From an uncultured Bacilli bacterium (lineage in GTDB: Bacteria > Bacillota_I > Bacilli_A > RF39 > UBA660): a DNA stretch of 60,682 nucleotides. Below, in pieces: positions 52,531 to 60,682 of this stretch. Positions within the stretch are counted from its first letter, which is position 1; the number at the start of each line of letters is the position of its first letter. The stretch lies in NCBI GenBank assembly GCA_947591505.1, contig CANQDM010000002.1, positions 1-60,682 on the forward strand. Direction: 5' to 3'. A model generated the notes under the pieces. The model saw nothing but the letters and a program-made list of their open reading frames with translations. It had not been told where the DNA came from and did no database searches. The translations under genes were made by a program, and so were the position numbers.

Positions 52531-52547
52531 CAAATTTGTACACAAAT
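52531..52547. repeat. 17-bp direct repeat, right copy
   Basis: Perfect match to 50804..50820. Confidence 0.9.
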
Positions 52548-52582
52548 AAATGCGGATAATTTGTGATTTAATTGCAAAATGA

Positions 52583-52607
52583 AAAGAGGACATATCAAGT
52601 CCTCTTT
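52583..52607 (-). terminator. intrinsic terminator after the essC/esaB-like operon
   Basis: 9-bp perfect stem AAAGAGGAC/GTCCTCTTT, 7-nt loop, TTCATTTT tail on the minus strand, 26 nt after the stop. Confidence 0.6.
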
Positions 52608-52632
52608 ACGGTATCAGATTTTATCTCACCTT

Positions 52633-52899
52633 TTACTCTTTAGATGTCAAAAGTATTAACTCAGTTATATTTCTTATATTTGTGTCGATAACGACTTTAT
52701 TATTATTGTATACTTCACTAGTTAATTTATTCATTAAAATATAATTTGCATTTGGGTTTAAAACTCCTCCTGTTAAATCAGAAACTGATTTAGCAAGCAT
52801 TTTTTTTATTTTCCAAACAATTTCATTAACAGGTATAAACACATCAAATGAATAACCGATTTCCGGAACAAATAATTTTATTAAAACTTTATTATTCAT
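52633..52899 (-). CDS. esaB: YukD/EsaB-like ubiquitin-fold T7SS protein
   Basis: 88 aa. VLIKLFVPEIGYSFDVFIPVNEIVWKIKKML...ILMNKLTSEVYNNNKVVIDTNIRNITELILL fits the beta-grasp YukD pattern. ATG 52899 overlaps the essC stop by 8 nt. Confidence 0.6.
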   Translation of the reverse strand: MNNKVLIKLFVPEIGYSFDVFIPVNEIVWKIKKMLAKSVSDLTGGVLNPNANYILMNKLTSEVYNNNKVVIDTNIRNITELILLTSKE

Positions 52900-55800
52900 C
52901 TTCTTCATTCTCCTCAGACAAAATATCATTAAATTCTATTAATTTAATAAGTTCCGCATTGCTTTCACTTATATAAAATCCATAATTATTTTGATATTTT
53001 TGTTGCATTTCTTTTGTTATTTTGGCAATTCTAAAGTTTTGTTGCTCTGCAAATCCTTTACCTACCCATATACCATCTGTACTATTTTTAACTTTTGAAT
53101 ACCATACATCCATATCTAAAGTTTTAAAATTCTTTGTGCTATCACATAAAATCATATTTGAGTTTTCACTTGATTTTATTTCATTAAATAATGCTTCCAT
53201 ATTCGCTGATTCTGCTTTTGCTTTTATTTTTTCTAAACCATAGAATATATATAACACATTTGCTGATTTATGTTGTTTTTGAAAATCAGTTAATGCTTTT
53301 ACTGCATTTTCTAAGTTGTCACTATAATAATTAATCTTTTTATTGTTATATTCTTTATTAGCAGATAATAATTGCTTGTTACCATCAATAAATATTATAG
53401 TTAAATTTGGTATTCTTAAAAGAACATCAAGTAATGAATCCATAAAACAATTAATATAAGTTAATTTATTAGATGATATAGATGTTGCAATAGAAGATTT
53501 AAAATCATATTTAATTGTTTTTAATGTATCTTTAGAAATACCAATAGGTACTTTTTCTAATGTAGATATTTCCTTTTCAATTATATCAAATGTAATTTTT
53601 TCTGGTAATGTTGGAATAACTTTTGCGTTGTCTTTAAATACTTCTTTTGCTTTTTCAGTAAATTTTTCAAGATATTCATTTAAATTATTTTCTTCAGAAA
53701 CAATAGAAGAAGTTTGAAATTCATGTATTCCATCAACATTAGCAAGCCCTCTTCCTAATCTATCTCTTGGTTTAATTTTGCTTCTCATATCAAACACACC
53801 ATAATAGTCTGAAGAATCTGTTAAATGTAAAGCATATTTATTATTAAAACATTGTGAAACTCTTCTTCCAATAGTTGCAGGCGCACTACATGTTAATATT
53901 AAATATATTCCATATCTTTCACAATCTCTACCTATTGAAGCAACATCTTCATAAATTGTATTATATACTTCTAAAATACTTTCATAGTTGTTAAGAATGA
54001 AAATAACTTGAGGTAACTTTTTATCATTTTTTAAATTATAATTTTCTAAATTACCATAATTTAAAAGTAATGATTTTCTAGTTTTTAATTCATCTTGAAT
54101 TAATTTAAATAAGTTTTTAATTCCTTCATCATCTTCCATATATATGATTCCACCAAATTGAGGTAATCTACTGAACATTCTTAATTGCTCAGAGCCATAA
54201 TCAACAGCATATATATTAATTTCATTAGAACTATGCGATTTACAAATTGAATAAATAATTGAATCAAGTAAATTTTCTCTTTCTATTTCATCATTTCCAT
54301 ATATTATTGTATTTCCATTATCTTTAAGAGAATAAACCAACAAGCCTTGTTCTTGTTTTTCTGGTGCATCATACTCACCAACGATTGCTTCAACATTATA
54401 AGGTTTAGGACTAAATTCATATTTTTTCTCTAAATTATCAACTAAAATATTAGGATCAATGTCATTTAGCCATAATCTTTTTGCTTTTTTGTTTGCTGTT
54501 TTTGCTACTTCAATTATATTTTTCATAATTGCTGCAATTTGTTCACCTTGTGCTTCAACTTTAATATTGTTACCAGCTTGAATACTTTTAATTATACTAC
54601 CTGTTTCATCAATAAAATTAATGCTCTTATCAACTTGCTTTACTATTTTTTCTGATGGATAATACTTTGCACCACACCATGCTGATTGTCCTAGTGCAAA
54701 GTATTCATCATATCCAACTTGCAAATAGAATCGACCTAGTTGTTTTAAACTAGCTGCTTCAGGTCTTTTTAATACTTCTTTACTATCAGAAACATCTTGT
54801 ACTTTTAAACAAACTCTAAACTTTGTATTAGACCAAATTTGATCATTAACTACACCACTAGGTTTTTGTGTTGCTAATATTAAATGCACTCCTAATGAAC
54901 GACCAATACGAGCTACACTTATCAAATTATCCATAAATTCAGGTTGTTGTTCTTTTAATTCAGCAAATTCATCACATACTATAAATAAATGAGGTATTGG
55001 CTCTGTAAGTTTTCCTTCTTTATAAAATCTTTGATATTTATAAATATCAATTGTACTTTCGCCTAAAGAATCTCTAGCTTCATTAAATATTTTTTGTCTT
55101 CTTTTAATCTCACTATCAATACTTACCAAAGTTCTATCCATTTCAGCTTTATCTAAGTTTGTTATTGTTCCAGCTAAATGTGGAAGTGTTATACCTGTTG
55201 CTTTATTTTCAAAAGCACCAGCCAAGCCACCACCTTTATAATCAATTAATATAAATGCAACATCATCTGGACTATAATTTACAGCCATTGATAAAATGTA
55301 AGTAATTATAAATTCTGATTTACCAGATCCTGTCATACCAGCAATTAAACCATGTGGTCCATGAAATTTTTCGTGTAAATCTAAATACATTAAATTTCCT
55401 GTTGCATCTACACCAATTTCTGCTTTCAAACTTATTGTAGAATCATTAGTATCCCAACGATTCATTATATTAAGTTGTTCTACTTTACCTATTTTTTCCA
55501 TTTCTAAAAATGATATAGAATCAGGTAATTGACTATCTTCTTCATCAAACTCCACAGGTATATTTGATATAACTTTAGCAATATCCATCATATTAATTCC
55601 ATAATGAAGTTCATGTTGAAAATTCACTATTTCTTGATTATCAAAGCTATTTTTCAAAAGTGTTGGTGATGAACCTAAATTGATAAAGTTATTAAATTTA
55701 CTTGGTAATTTACTAATTTGATTTTCCATAATTAATACAGAATAACCAATATTATTATCTACTTCAGAAATTAAATCAATAAAATTCAAATTTTTAACTT

Positions 55801-57469
55801 GAGAATAATCATCAGTTATTATTAAATAATATGGTTTAAATAATCTCGGCTCTTCTTTAGAAAGTTCAATTCGATTTTGAAGTTCCATATTTAAATAGTC
55901 AATAATTGCTTTAGCATTTTCTCTATTTGTTGAAAAGAATCTAACACTTTTATCATTAGAAAAAGAATGATTTAAATATTTTATATATTCCCATTTTTCT
56001 TCATTTTCTTTATTTGTAAACACTATTATTTTAAGATCATCATAACTATAAAATGTAATTAATTGTAAAATAATATTTTGAATTAAACAATAATATTCAT
56101 GATTATTTCCTAAAAGGGCTGTTAATTTATTTTTGAACAAAGAATATTTTATTGGTACATTATGAATATATTTAAACTCTTCTACCATTGCATCAGCTTG
56201 TTTTCTTAAATCATCTTCTTCAACAGTAAAACCTTCATCTGGATAGTTGACTTTTGCATCTAGCAATTCATCACCAATTCCAAGTCTTATCTCTAAAAAA
56301 TCATTTTGATCAATTCTTTTAGACCAAAAATTAAATTTACTAGTTGAATATATTCTATTTAGACAATCTTCTATTGTAACTAGATTTTCATTTAATATAC
56401 TTTTTTGTAATTGTTGCTCTTCTTTTAATTCTTCTTTTTTGGTATCCAAATACTTAGTATATTTTTCAATTAAATTTTTCTTTCTTACTTTTCTTAAATG
56501 CTTATTAAAAAATTTAGTTATCATTGGCCATAATAGCATTGATAAAACCATTGCGCCAGATGTTGCTAATGAAGGCCAAGATTTTTGTAAAGTGGTTTCT
56601 CCTGTTGTAATTTTAACAATATTATTAGCAAGCATTATTCCAGAAACCAATCCCATAGTAAGCATAGGTCCAACAGTTAAAATTAAAGGCATTTGGTCTT
56701 CACCTTCAGGTCTTGGTGGAGGGCTTAAATTTATTTCTTTTGTTGTTATATTTCTTCTCATACGAGGTGCTTTTGAAAAATATTGTTCTTTAGTGTATAA
56801 ATCGTTATCTTTTACTTCAAAATCTTTTGGTGCTTCACCATATGGTATTACAATTTTTTTAAGACTAGTTTTTTCCAAATCAATTAATACATTATTACCT
56901 GGATTATTTATAAAAAGAATCTTATTTAGAATTAATATTTTTAATCCAAAAATATGTATTTCATCACCAATACTTATATTTATATTATTATTTAAATTAC
57001 TATTTTTTATTATTCTAATGTTATTTTTGTAAATTGCATATTCCCCTAAACTTAGTAAAATACTATCGTTAGACATACTAATTTCAGCAGTGGAATCACC
57101 CAATAAAGGACAATTATATTTTATATTACAATTTTCAGCTGTACCAATAATTAAATCTGTATTTTCATCAAATTGATAAGAAGAAAGGCTATTATCAAAA
57201 GAATTAGTAACATATATTAAATATTTTGCAGTTGCTTTTTGAAGCATATAAAATTTTTCTGCTTCCAACTGTAAACTCTCGACAATGTTATTATTTTCAA
57301 TTACCACAACATCACTAGTTGAATTTAAATACCAAGCACCATTTTTAGCTTCTATATTAATAAGTTTCGATTCTTCATCTATATTTTCATCAAAACTAAA
57401 ACTTCCCATTACCTTTTGTGGAAGGGAAAAATTAAGTATTTTGGTATTTAAATATAAATATATTTTCAC
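52892..57469 (-). CDS. essC: EssC/YukB-type FtsK-SpoIIIE ATPase of a type VII(b) secretion system
   Basis: 1,525 aa. N-terminal FHA-like region, two TM helices, then HGLIAGMTGSGKSEF Walker A (about 55318..55340) and FIVCDEFAELK Walker B. Two further ATPase-sized segments follow. GTG start with AGGAGA upstream. Confidence 0.88.
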   Translation of the reverse strand: MKIYLYLNTKILNFSLPQKVMGSFSFDENIDEESKLINIEAKNGAWYLNSTSDVVVIENNNIVESLQLEAEKFYMLQKATAKYLIYVTNSFDNSLSSYQFDENTDLIIGTAENCNIKYNCPLLGDSTAEISMSNDSILLSLGEYAIYKNNIRIIKNSNLNNNINISIGDEIHIFGLKILILNKILFINNPGNNVLIDLEKTSLKKIVIPYGEAPKDFEVKDNDLYTKEQYFSKAPRMRRNITTKEINLSPPPRPEGEDQMPLILTVGPMLTMGLVSGIMLANNIVKITTGETTLQKSWPSLATSGAMVLSMLLWPMITKFFNKHLRKVRKKNLIEKYTKYLDTKKEELKEEQQLQKSILNENLVTIEDCLNRIYSTSKFNFWSKRIDQNDFLEIRLGIGDELLDAKVNYPDEGFTVEEDDLRKQADAMVEEFKYIHNVPIKYSLFKNKLTALLGNNHEYYCLIQNIILQLITFYSYDDLKIIVFTNKENEEKWEYIKYLNHSFSNDKSVRFFSTNRENAKAIIDYLNMELQNRIELSKEEPRLFKPYYLIITDDYSQVKNLNFIDLISEVDNNIGYSVLIMENQISKLPSKFNNFINLGSSPTLLKNSFDNQEIVNFQHELHYGINMMDIAKVISNIPVEFDEEDSQLPDSISFLEMEKIGKVEQLNIMNRWDTNDSTISLKAEIGVDATGNLMYLDLHEKFHGPHGLIAGMTGSGKSEFIITYILSMAVNYSPDDVAFILIDYKGGGLAGAFENKATGITLPHLAGTITNLDKAEMDRTLVSIDSEIKRRQKIFNEARDSLGESTIDIYKYQRFYKEGKLTEPIPHLFIVCDEFAELKEQQPEFMDNLISVARIGRSLGVHLILATQKPSGVVNDQIWSNTKFRVCLKVQDVSDSKEVLKRPEAASLKQLGRFYLQVGYDEYFALGQSAWCGAKYYPSEKIVKQVDKSINFIDETGSIIKSIQAGNNIKVEAQGEQIAAIMKNIIEVAKTANKKAKRLWLNDIDPNILVDNLEKKYEFSPKPYNVEAIVGEYDAPEKQEQGLLVYSLKDNGNTIIYGNDEIERENLLDSIIYSICKSHSSNEINIYAVDYGSEQLRMFSRLPQFGGIIYMEDDEGIKNLFKLIQDELKTRKSLLLNYGNLENYNLKNDKKLPQVIFILNNYESILEVYNTIYEDVASIGRDCERYGIYLILTCSAPATIGRRVSQCFNNKYALHLTDSSDYYGVFDMRSKIKPRDRLGRGLANVDGIHEFQTSSIVSEENNLNEYLEKFTEKAKEVFKDNAKVIPTLPEKITFDIIEKEISTLEKVPIGISKDTLKTIKYDFKSSIATSISSNKLTYINCFMDSLLDVLLRIPNLTIIFIDGNKQLLSANKEYNNKKINYYSDNLENAVKALTDFQKQHKSANVLYIFYGLEKIKAKAESANMEALFNEIKSSENSNMILCDSTKNFKTLDMDVWYSKVKNSTDGIWVGKGFAEQQNFRIAKITKEMQQKYQNNYGFYISESNAELIKLIEFNDILSEENEEDE

Positions 57470-57626
57470 ACTACTCTTCTCCTATTTTAAATTATATCAC
57501 ACAATTCATTTTATTTCATTCAATAATATTAACATTTTAATATTATTAAGTAAAATATCAAAAATTATTTAGAAGAAAGTATCTTAATTCATTTTTTAAT
57601 TAATCGTAAAATTTTATAAAATAAAA

Positions 57627-57827
57627 TCATTTTAAAATAAGCCATGTTGTTTTTCTTCCAGAACTTTGTTGAACAATATAGCCGTTATCTTTTAAAATTT
57701 TGTAATATCTTCTAATAGTTCTCTCATTAACATCATATTTTTTGGCTAATTCTATTTGAGATACTTTTGGATCTAGTTTTAATTCATTATAAATATTTTT
57801 TAATAAATCATTATTTACTATCTTCAT
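57627..57827 (-). CDS. small winged-helix HTH regulator
   Basis: VSQIELAKKYDVNERTIRRYYKILKDNGYI; directly upstream of essC. Confidence 0.6.
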   Translation of the reverse strand: MKIVNNDLLKNIYNELKLDPKVSQIELAKKYDVNERTIRRYYKILKDNGYIVQQSSGRKTTWLILK

Positions 57828-57833
57828 TATTAT

Positions 57834-58025
57834 TTATTTTTTTATTCTATCTATTTTTCTTTTAAATCTATTTTTTAATTTTTTCTCAAGAATAGTTAAA
57901 GATTTTTCAAAATCTTTTTCAAATGTAGCAACATTAAAATTTTGAAAATATCTAGTTGTAAACACTTCAACATATAATTCAGAAAAATTATTAGTTATTT
58001 CATTCAAAAATTTTTGATTTTTCAT
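57834..58025 (-). CDS. hypothetical small protein (63 aa)
   Basis: ORF only. Confidence 0.35.
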   Translation of the reverse strand: MKNQKFLNEITNNFSELYVEVFTTRYFQNFNVATFEKDFEKSLTILEKKLKNRFKRKIDRIKK

Positions 58026-58332
58026 GACTTTATTCCTTTCTTAAAAAATAGATATAGATATAACAAATGAAAAAATAGTCCTATACAAGCAACTATTTTA
58101 TTCTTACCAAAACATTCCATAAGAGGTTTGTATGTTCGGTAAAGCTAAATGGTTCGAATTGTGATAAATCTATTTTATTTATCACAACTGTATAATAACA
58201 TTTTATTTAATTTTTTTCAACTATAATAAGCAAAATAAATATTTTTAAGTTAAATTTAACATTAAATATACATAAATAAATTTAATTATATATAAAATGA
58301 TGTTATAATATGTTTTCGAATAGGAGGTCTGT

Positions 58333-58509
58333 ATGAAAAAGAAGTTAATTCCCAGAATTTTTACTGCTATATCAATTTTATCAATAACTCTTGCTATAAT
58401 TAATTTAATTATTTCAATTGACAATTATAATAATATTAATACATTAAAAAACAAAATAAAAATTAATAATAATAGTTCTATAACTATACAAAAAAATTAT
58501 ATTGATTAG
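58333..58509 (+). CDS. 58-aa single-TM protein (not in ORF track)
   Basis: TAGGAGGT 4 nt before ATG 58333; MKKKLIPRIFTAISILSITLAIINLIISI... then an N/K-rich tail. Confidence 0.45.
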   Translation: MKKKLIPRIFTAISILSITLAIINLIISIDNYNNINTLKNKIKINNNSSITIQKNYID

Positions 58510-58651
58510 AATAGAATAGAATATATACAATACTTTCAATTTATAACTAGAATTTTTCCATATTAATTCATTATCTAGAGTATTAACAGTTGTGCAAAAG
58601 ACTTATTTTATACAAATGTATAAAATAATGGTTGTATTGGAGATAAAATAG

Positions 58652-58933
58652 ATGGAAACAAATAGTAAAAAAATTCTTGCAATGAATTTGAAATATTATA
58701 GAGAAAAATACGACCTTTCTCAAGAAAGATTTGCTGAAAAAGTTGGAAGTAATTTAGTATATATCAATCAATTAGAAAACTGTAAAAGAAAGCCAACTAT
58801 TGAAATGCTAGATAAAATTGCTAATGGAATGAACAAAAATATTGATTCCAAATTAAAAATGACTAGTTCTGAGCTTTTAAGATATGATCCTAGTCATACA
58901 ACTAATTTTACAAGAATTGATGAAAGAAAATAA
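58652..58933 (+). CDS. Xre-family HTH regulator
   Basis: LKYYREKYDLSQERFAEKVGSNLVYINQLENCKRKPTIEMLDKIA. Confidence 0.75.
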   Translation: METNSKKILAMNLKYYREKYDLSQERFAEKVGSNLVYINQLENCKRKPTIEMLDKIANGMNKNIDSKLKMTSSELLRYDPSHTTNFTRIDERK

Positions 58934-58946
58934 TTTTAAATCAAAC

Positions 58947-58989
58947 AAAAAGGTAATATAGAAATTTAAATGGTTCTATATTACCTTTT
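58947..58989. terminator. bidirectional terminator between convergent genes
   Basis: 16-bp perfect stem AAAAGGTAATATAGAA/TTCTATATTACCTTTT with an 11-nt loop, A/T runs on both sides. Confidence 0.65.
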
Positions 58990-59002
58990 ATAAATTGTAT
59001 TG

Positions 59003-59245
59003 TTATTTTAAGTTATTATATTCGCTACTAACATAAAATTCTGTTACTTTACCATCAATGATTACTTTATGATATTTATAATCTCTCATATCTTTTGGTA
59101 AATCATCTATATTTCCTTCATATTCTAACTTGTCATCCACAAAAATCTTACATTCTAATAATCTAGCTGTTTTAAATGAATATAATTTTATTTCTTTATT
59201 ATTTTTATCTTTTATAGTAGTTCTCATAAATGTTCTCCATTTCAC
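59003..59245 (-). CDS. hypothetical protein (80 aa)
   Basis: ORF downstream of the MerR gene. Confidence 0.45.
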   Translation of the reverse strand: MKWRTFMRTTIKDKNNKEIKLYSFKTARLLECKIFVDDKLEYEGNIDDLPKDMRDYKYHKVIIDGKVTEFYVSSEYNNLK

Positions 59246-59274
59246 TTTAAATTATAACATAAATTTCATTTAAA

Positions 59275-60318
59275 CTAATCTTCTTTTTCTAAAACATAGT
59301 AGCCATTAACAACTTTCCCAAAAACATAGTCGCCACTTTTCCATTCAACAACAAGATATTTTTTATTATTAAATGTTTGAAAATCGTATTTACATAAAGT
59401 ATCTGGTAATATTAGATTAACTATATATCCTTTTGTATATTTACTATCTCTCATGTAATTATTTTCTTTATATCTTATATGAACTTCACCAGATGATTCA
59501 AATATGATTTTATCAAGTGATAAATTTTCTTTTGGAGATTGTAATTCTTCTGGATTAAAACTATTAGGATTATTAACAAAATCTATTGAGTTCCAAACTC
59601 CTACTACTTCTTTATCTTCTACAAATTCAATATTAGTATCATCTTTATGTTTAATACTTTCTATATCATATTCTTGATGATCGACATTATAATAAGTAGC
59701 AATCTTTGATTCTTGATTATTTATTGGATCTTTAATAGTTATATACATTTTATTATCTACAATTTCATAAGGACATGCTATGTCATTAATATAAATTATT
59801 CCATTTGTCCAATGAATTACCCAATACTCTTCGCCATTAGGAAGTAAATATAAATCTTTAATATTATAATCATCTTCAATATATGTTTCTTTTTTTGCAA
59901 GATTTATATTTTCTGAAATACCTAACAAGCTCCATTTTCCTACTGCTTTTGAATCATTCACAAATTCGCCCAATTTCAAAACCTCCTTTCCTTTTAGAGA
60001 AAACTTTTCTAAATTAGCAATTTTATTTTCAATATTATTTTTTTCTTTATTTAACTCATCAATTTTATCTTTTATTGTAGCACTATCAAAATTATGAATT
60101 TCTTCAAGAGTAAAGCCAAGTTTCTTAAGTGCTAAAATTTCTTGCATTACTTTGATATTTTCTTCATCAAAATATCTATACCCTGTATAAATATCAACAT
60201 ATTTAGGAACAATTAATCCCATACTTTCATAATATCTTACTGTTTTAATTGAAACATTAAATAAATCTGCAAAATCACCAATTTTAATCATAATTTTTCC
60301 TCCAATATCAATATACAT
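59275..60318 (-). CDS. MerR-family regulator with a long uncharacterised C-terminal domain
   Basis: IKIGDFADLFNVSIKTVRYYESMGLIVPKYVDIYTGYRYFDEENIKVMQEILALKKLGFTLEEI, a coiled coil, then about 230 further aa. Confidence 0.8.
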   Translation of the reverse strand: MYIDIGGKIMIKIGDFADLFNVSIKTVRYYESMGLIVPKYVDIYTGYRYFDEENIKVMQEILALKKLGFTLEEIHNFDSATIKDKIDELNKEKNNIENKIANLEKFSLKGKEVLKLGEFVNDSKAVGKWSLLGISENINLAKKETYIEDDYNIKDLYLLPNGEEYWVIHWTNGIIYINDIACPYEIVDNKMYITIKDPINNQESKIATYYNVDHQEYDIESIKHKDDTNIEFVEDKEVVGVWNSIDFVNNPNSFNPEELQSPKENLSLDKIIFESSGEVHIRYKENNYMRDSKYTKGYIVNLILPDTLCKYDFQTFNNKKYLVVEWKSGDYVFGKVVNGYYVLEKED

Positions 60319-60605
60319 CTACCCTTAAGGGAAGAGTCAATACTCTTTTTATATTTAGTATAACATAAATCACATAATCAATCTAATTATCAAGTTTTAA
60401 CAATATATTTATTATCAATTAATATATACACTTATTTAACAGCAATAAAAAAAGGCTGTTTAACGCCTTTAAATAAATATACATATAATAATTTTTCGTA
60501 AAAATGCAAATATTATGTTTTTTGCCTTTTTAGAAATATCTTGCTAAGCCCCATATTTAGGACATTATTAACCATATATCATATTCGTGGTTTATTAGCA
60601 ACATA

Positions 60606-60611
60606 CCCCCC
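60606..60611. repeat. C6 tract in TA-C6-GCG context
   Basis: Read directly: aacataCCCCCCgcgagtcaat. Confidence 0.8.
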
Positions 60612-60682
60612 GCGAGTCAATAGACGAAATATAATTTTACATATGATGTGTAAATATAATATCGTATTACTGTATATTTTTA

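Noticed and set aside
56439-57032. 197-aa plus-strand ORF
   Set aside because: It lies entirely antisense to essC. Its sequence is low-complexity and hydrophobic (F/L/I-rich), as expected when AT-rich coding DNA is translated on the opposite strand. It has no RBS.
1-60682. CRISPR arrays, tRNA, rRNA or tmRNA genes, including as integration targets
   Set aside because: No regularly spaced direct repeats and no cloverleaf-compatible or GC-rich structured RNA segments were seen by eye in any intergenic region. This was not verified with a tRNA/ncRNA scanner.

Overview
Very AT-rich, Gram-positive (Bacillota-type) accessory DNA. Almost every gene from 0.1 to 58 kb is on the minus strand. No rRNA, tRNA, CRISPR array or phage structural genes were seen. 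There are four blocks. (1) About 0.1-32.7 kb is the backbone of an integrative conjugative element (ICE). It has a large serine recombinase at the left edge, a sortase, a VirD4-type coupling protein, an orphan DNA methyltransferase and an AbiE-type toxin/antitoxin pair. It also has an HUH relaxase with two RHH proteins and an inverted-repeat-rich oriT candidate, a primase, two SSB-like proteins and an M23 peptidase. The rest is VirB4/VirB3/VirB6/VirB2-like T4SS proteins, a Cna-B-repeat wall-anchored adhesin, a lipoprotein and a sigma/ArpU-like regulator. (2) 32.7-36.8 kb is a LysR / radical SAM / MazG-Nudix fusion cassette bracketed by a perfect 28-bp direct repeat. It is decorated with a recurring TTGCAAAAATAC motif. 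(3) 36.8-57.5 kb is a type VII secretion (T7SSb)-like locus. It holds essC plus a YukD/EsaB-like gene, an IS30-family insertion, and then one operon. That operon encodes a WXG-like protein, three small helical proteins, a 3,671-aa giant protein and small translationally coupled downstream ORFs. The giant protein carries transglutaminase-like, HEXXH and papain-like catalytic signatures. No EssA/EssB/EsaA-like genes are visible. (4) 57.6-60.3 kb holds small regulators (wHTH, Xre, MerR). The most notable observations are the giant multi-protease effector operon, its TTGACA-N18-TATAAT promoter whose spacer holds a G8 tract, and a near-identical TA-C8 tract 70 nt beyond the recombinase gene. That second tract may mark the two ICE junctions, so integration would create a hybrid promoter. 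The radical-SAM/MazG-Nudix cassette is also notable. All functional calls come from motif reading by eye; no database search was possible.
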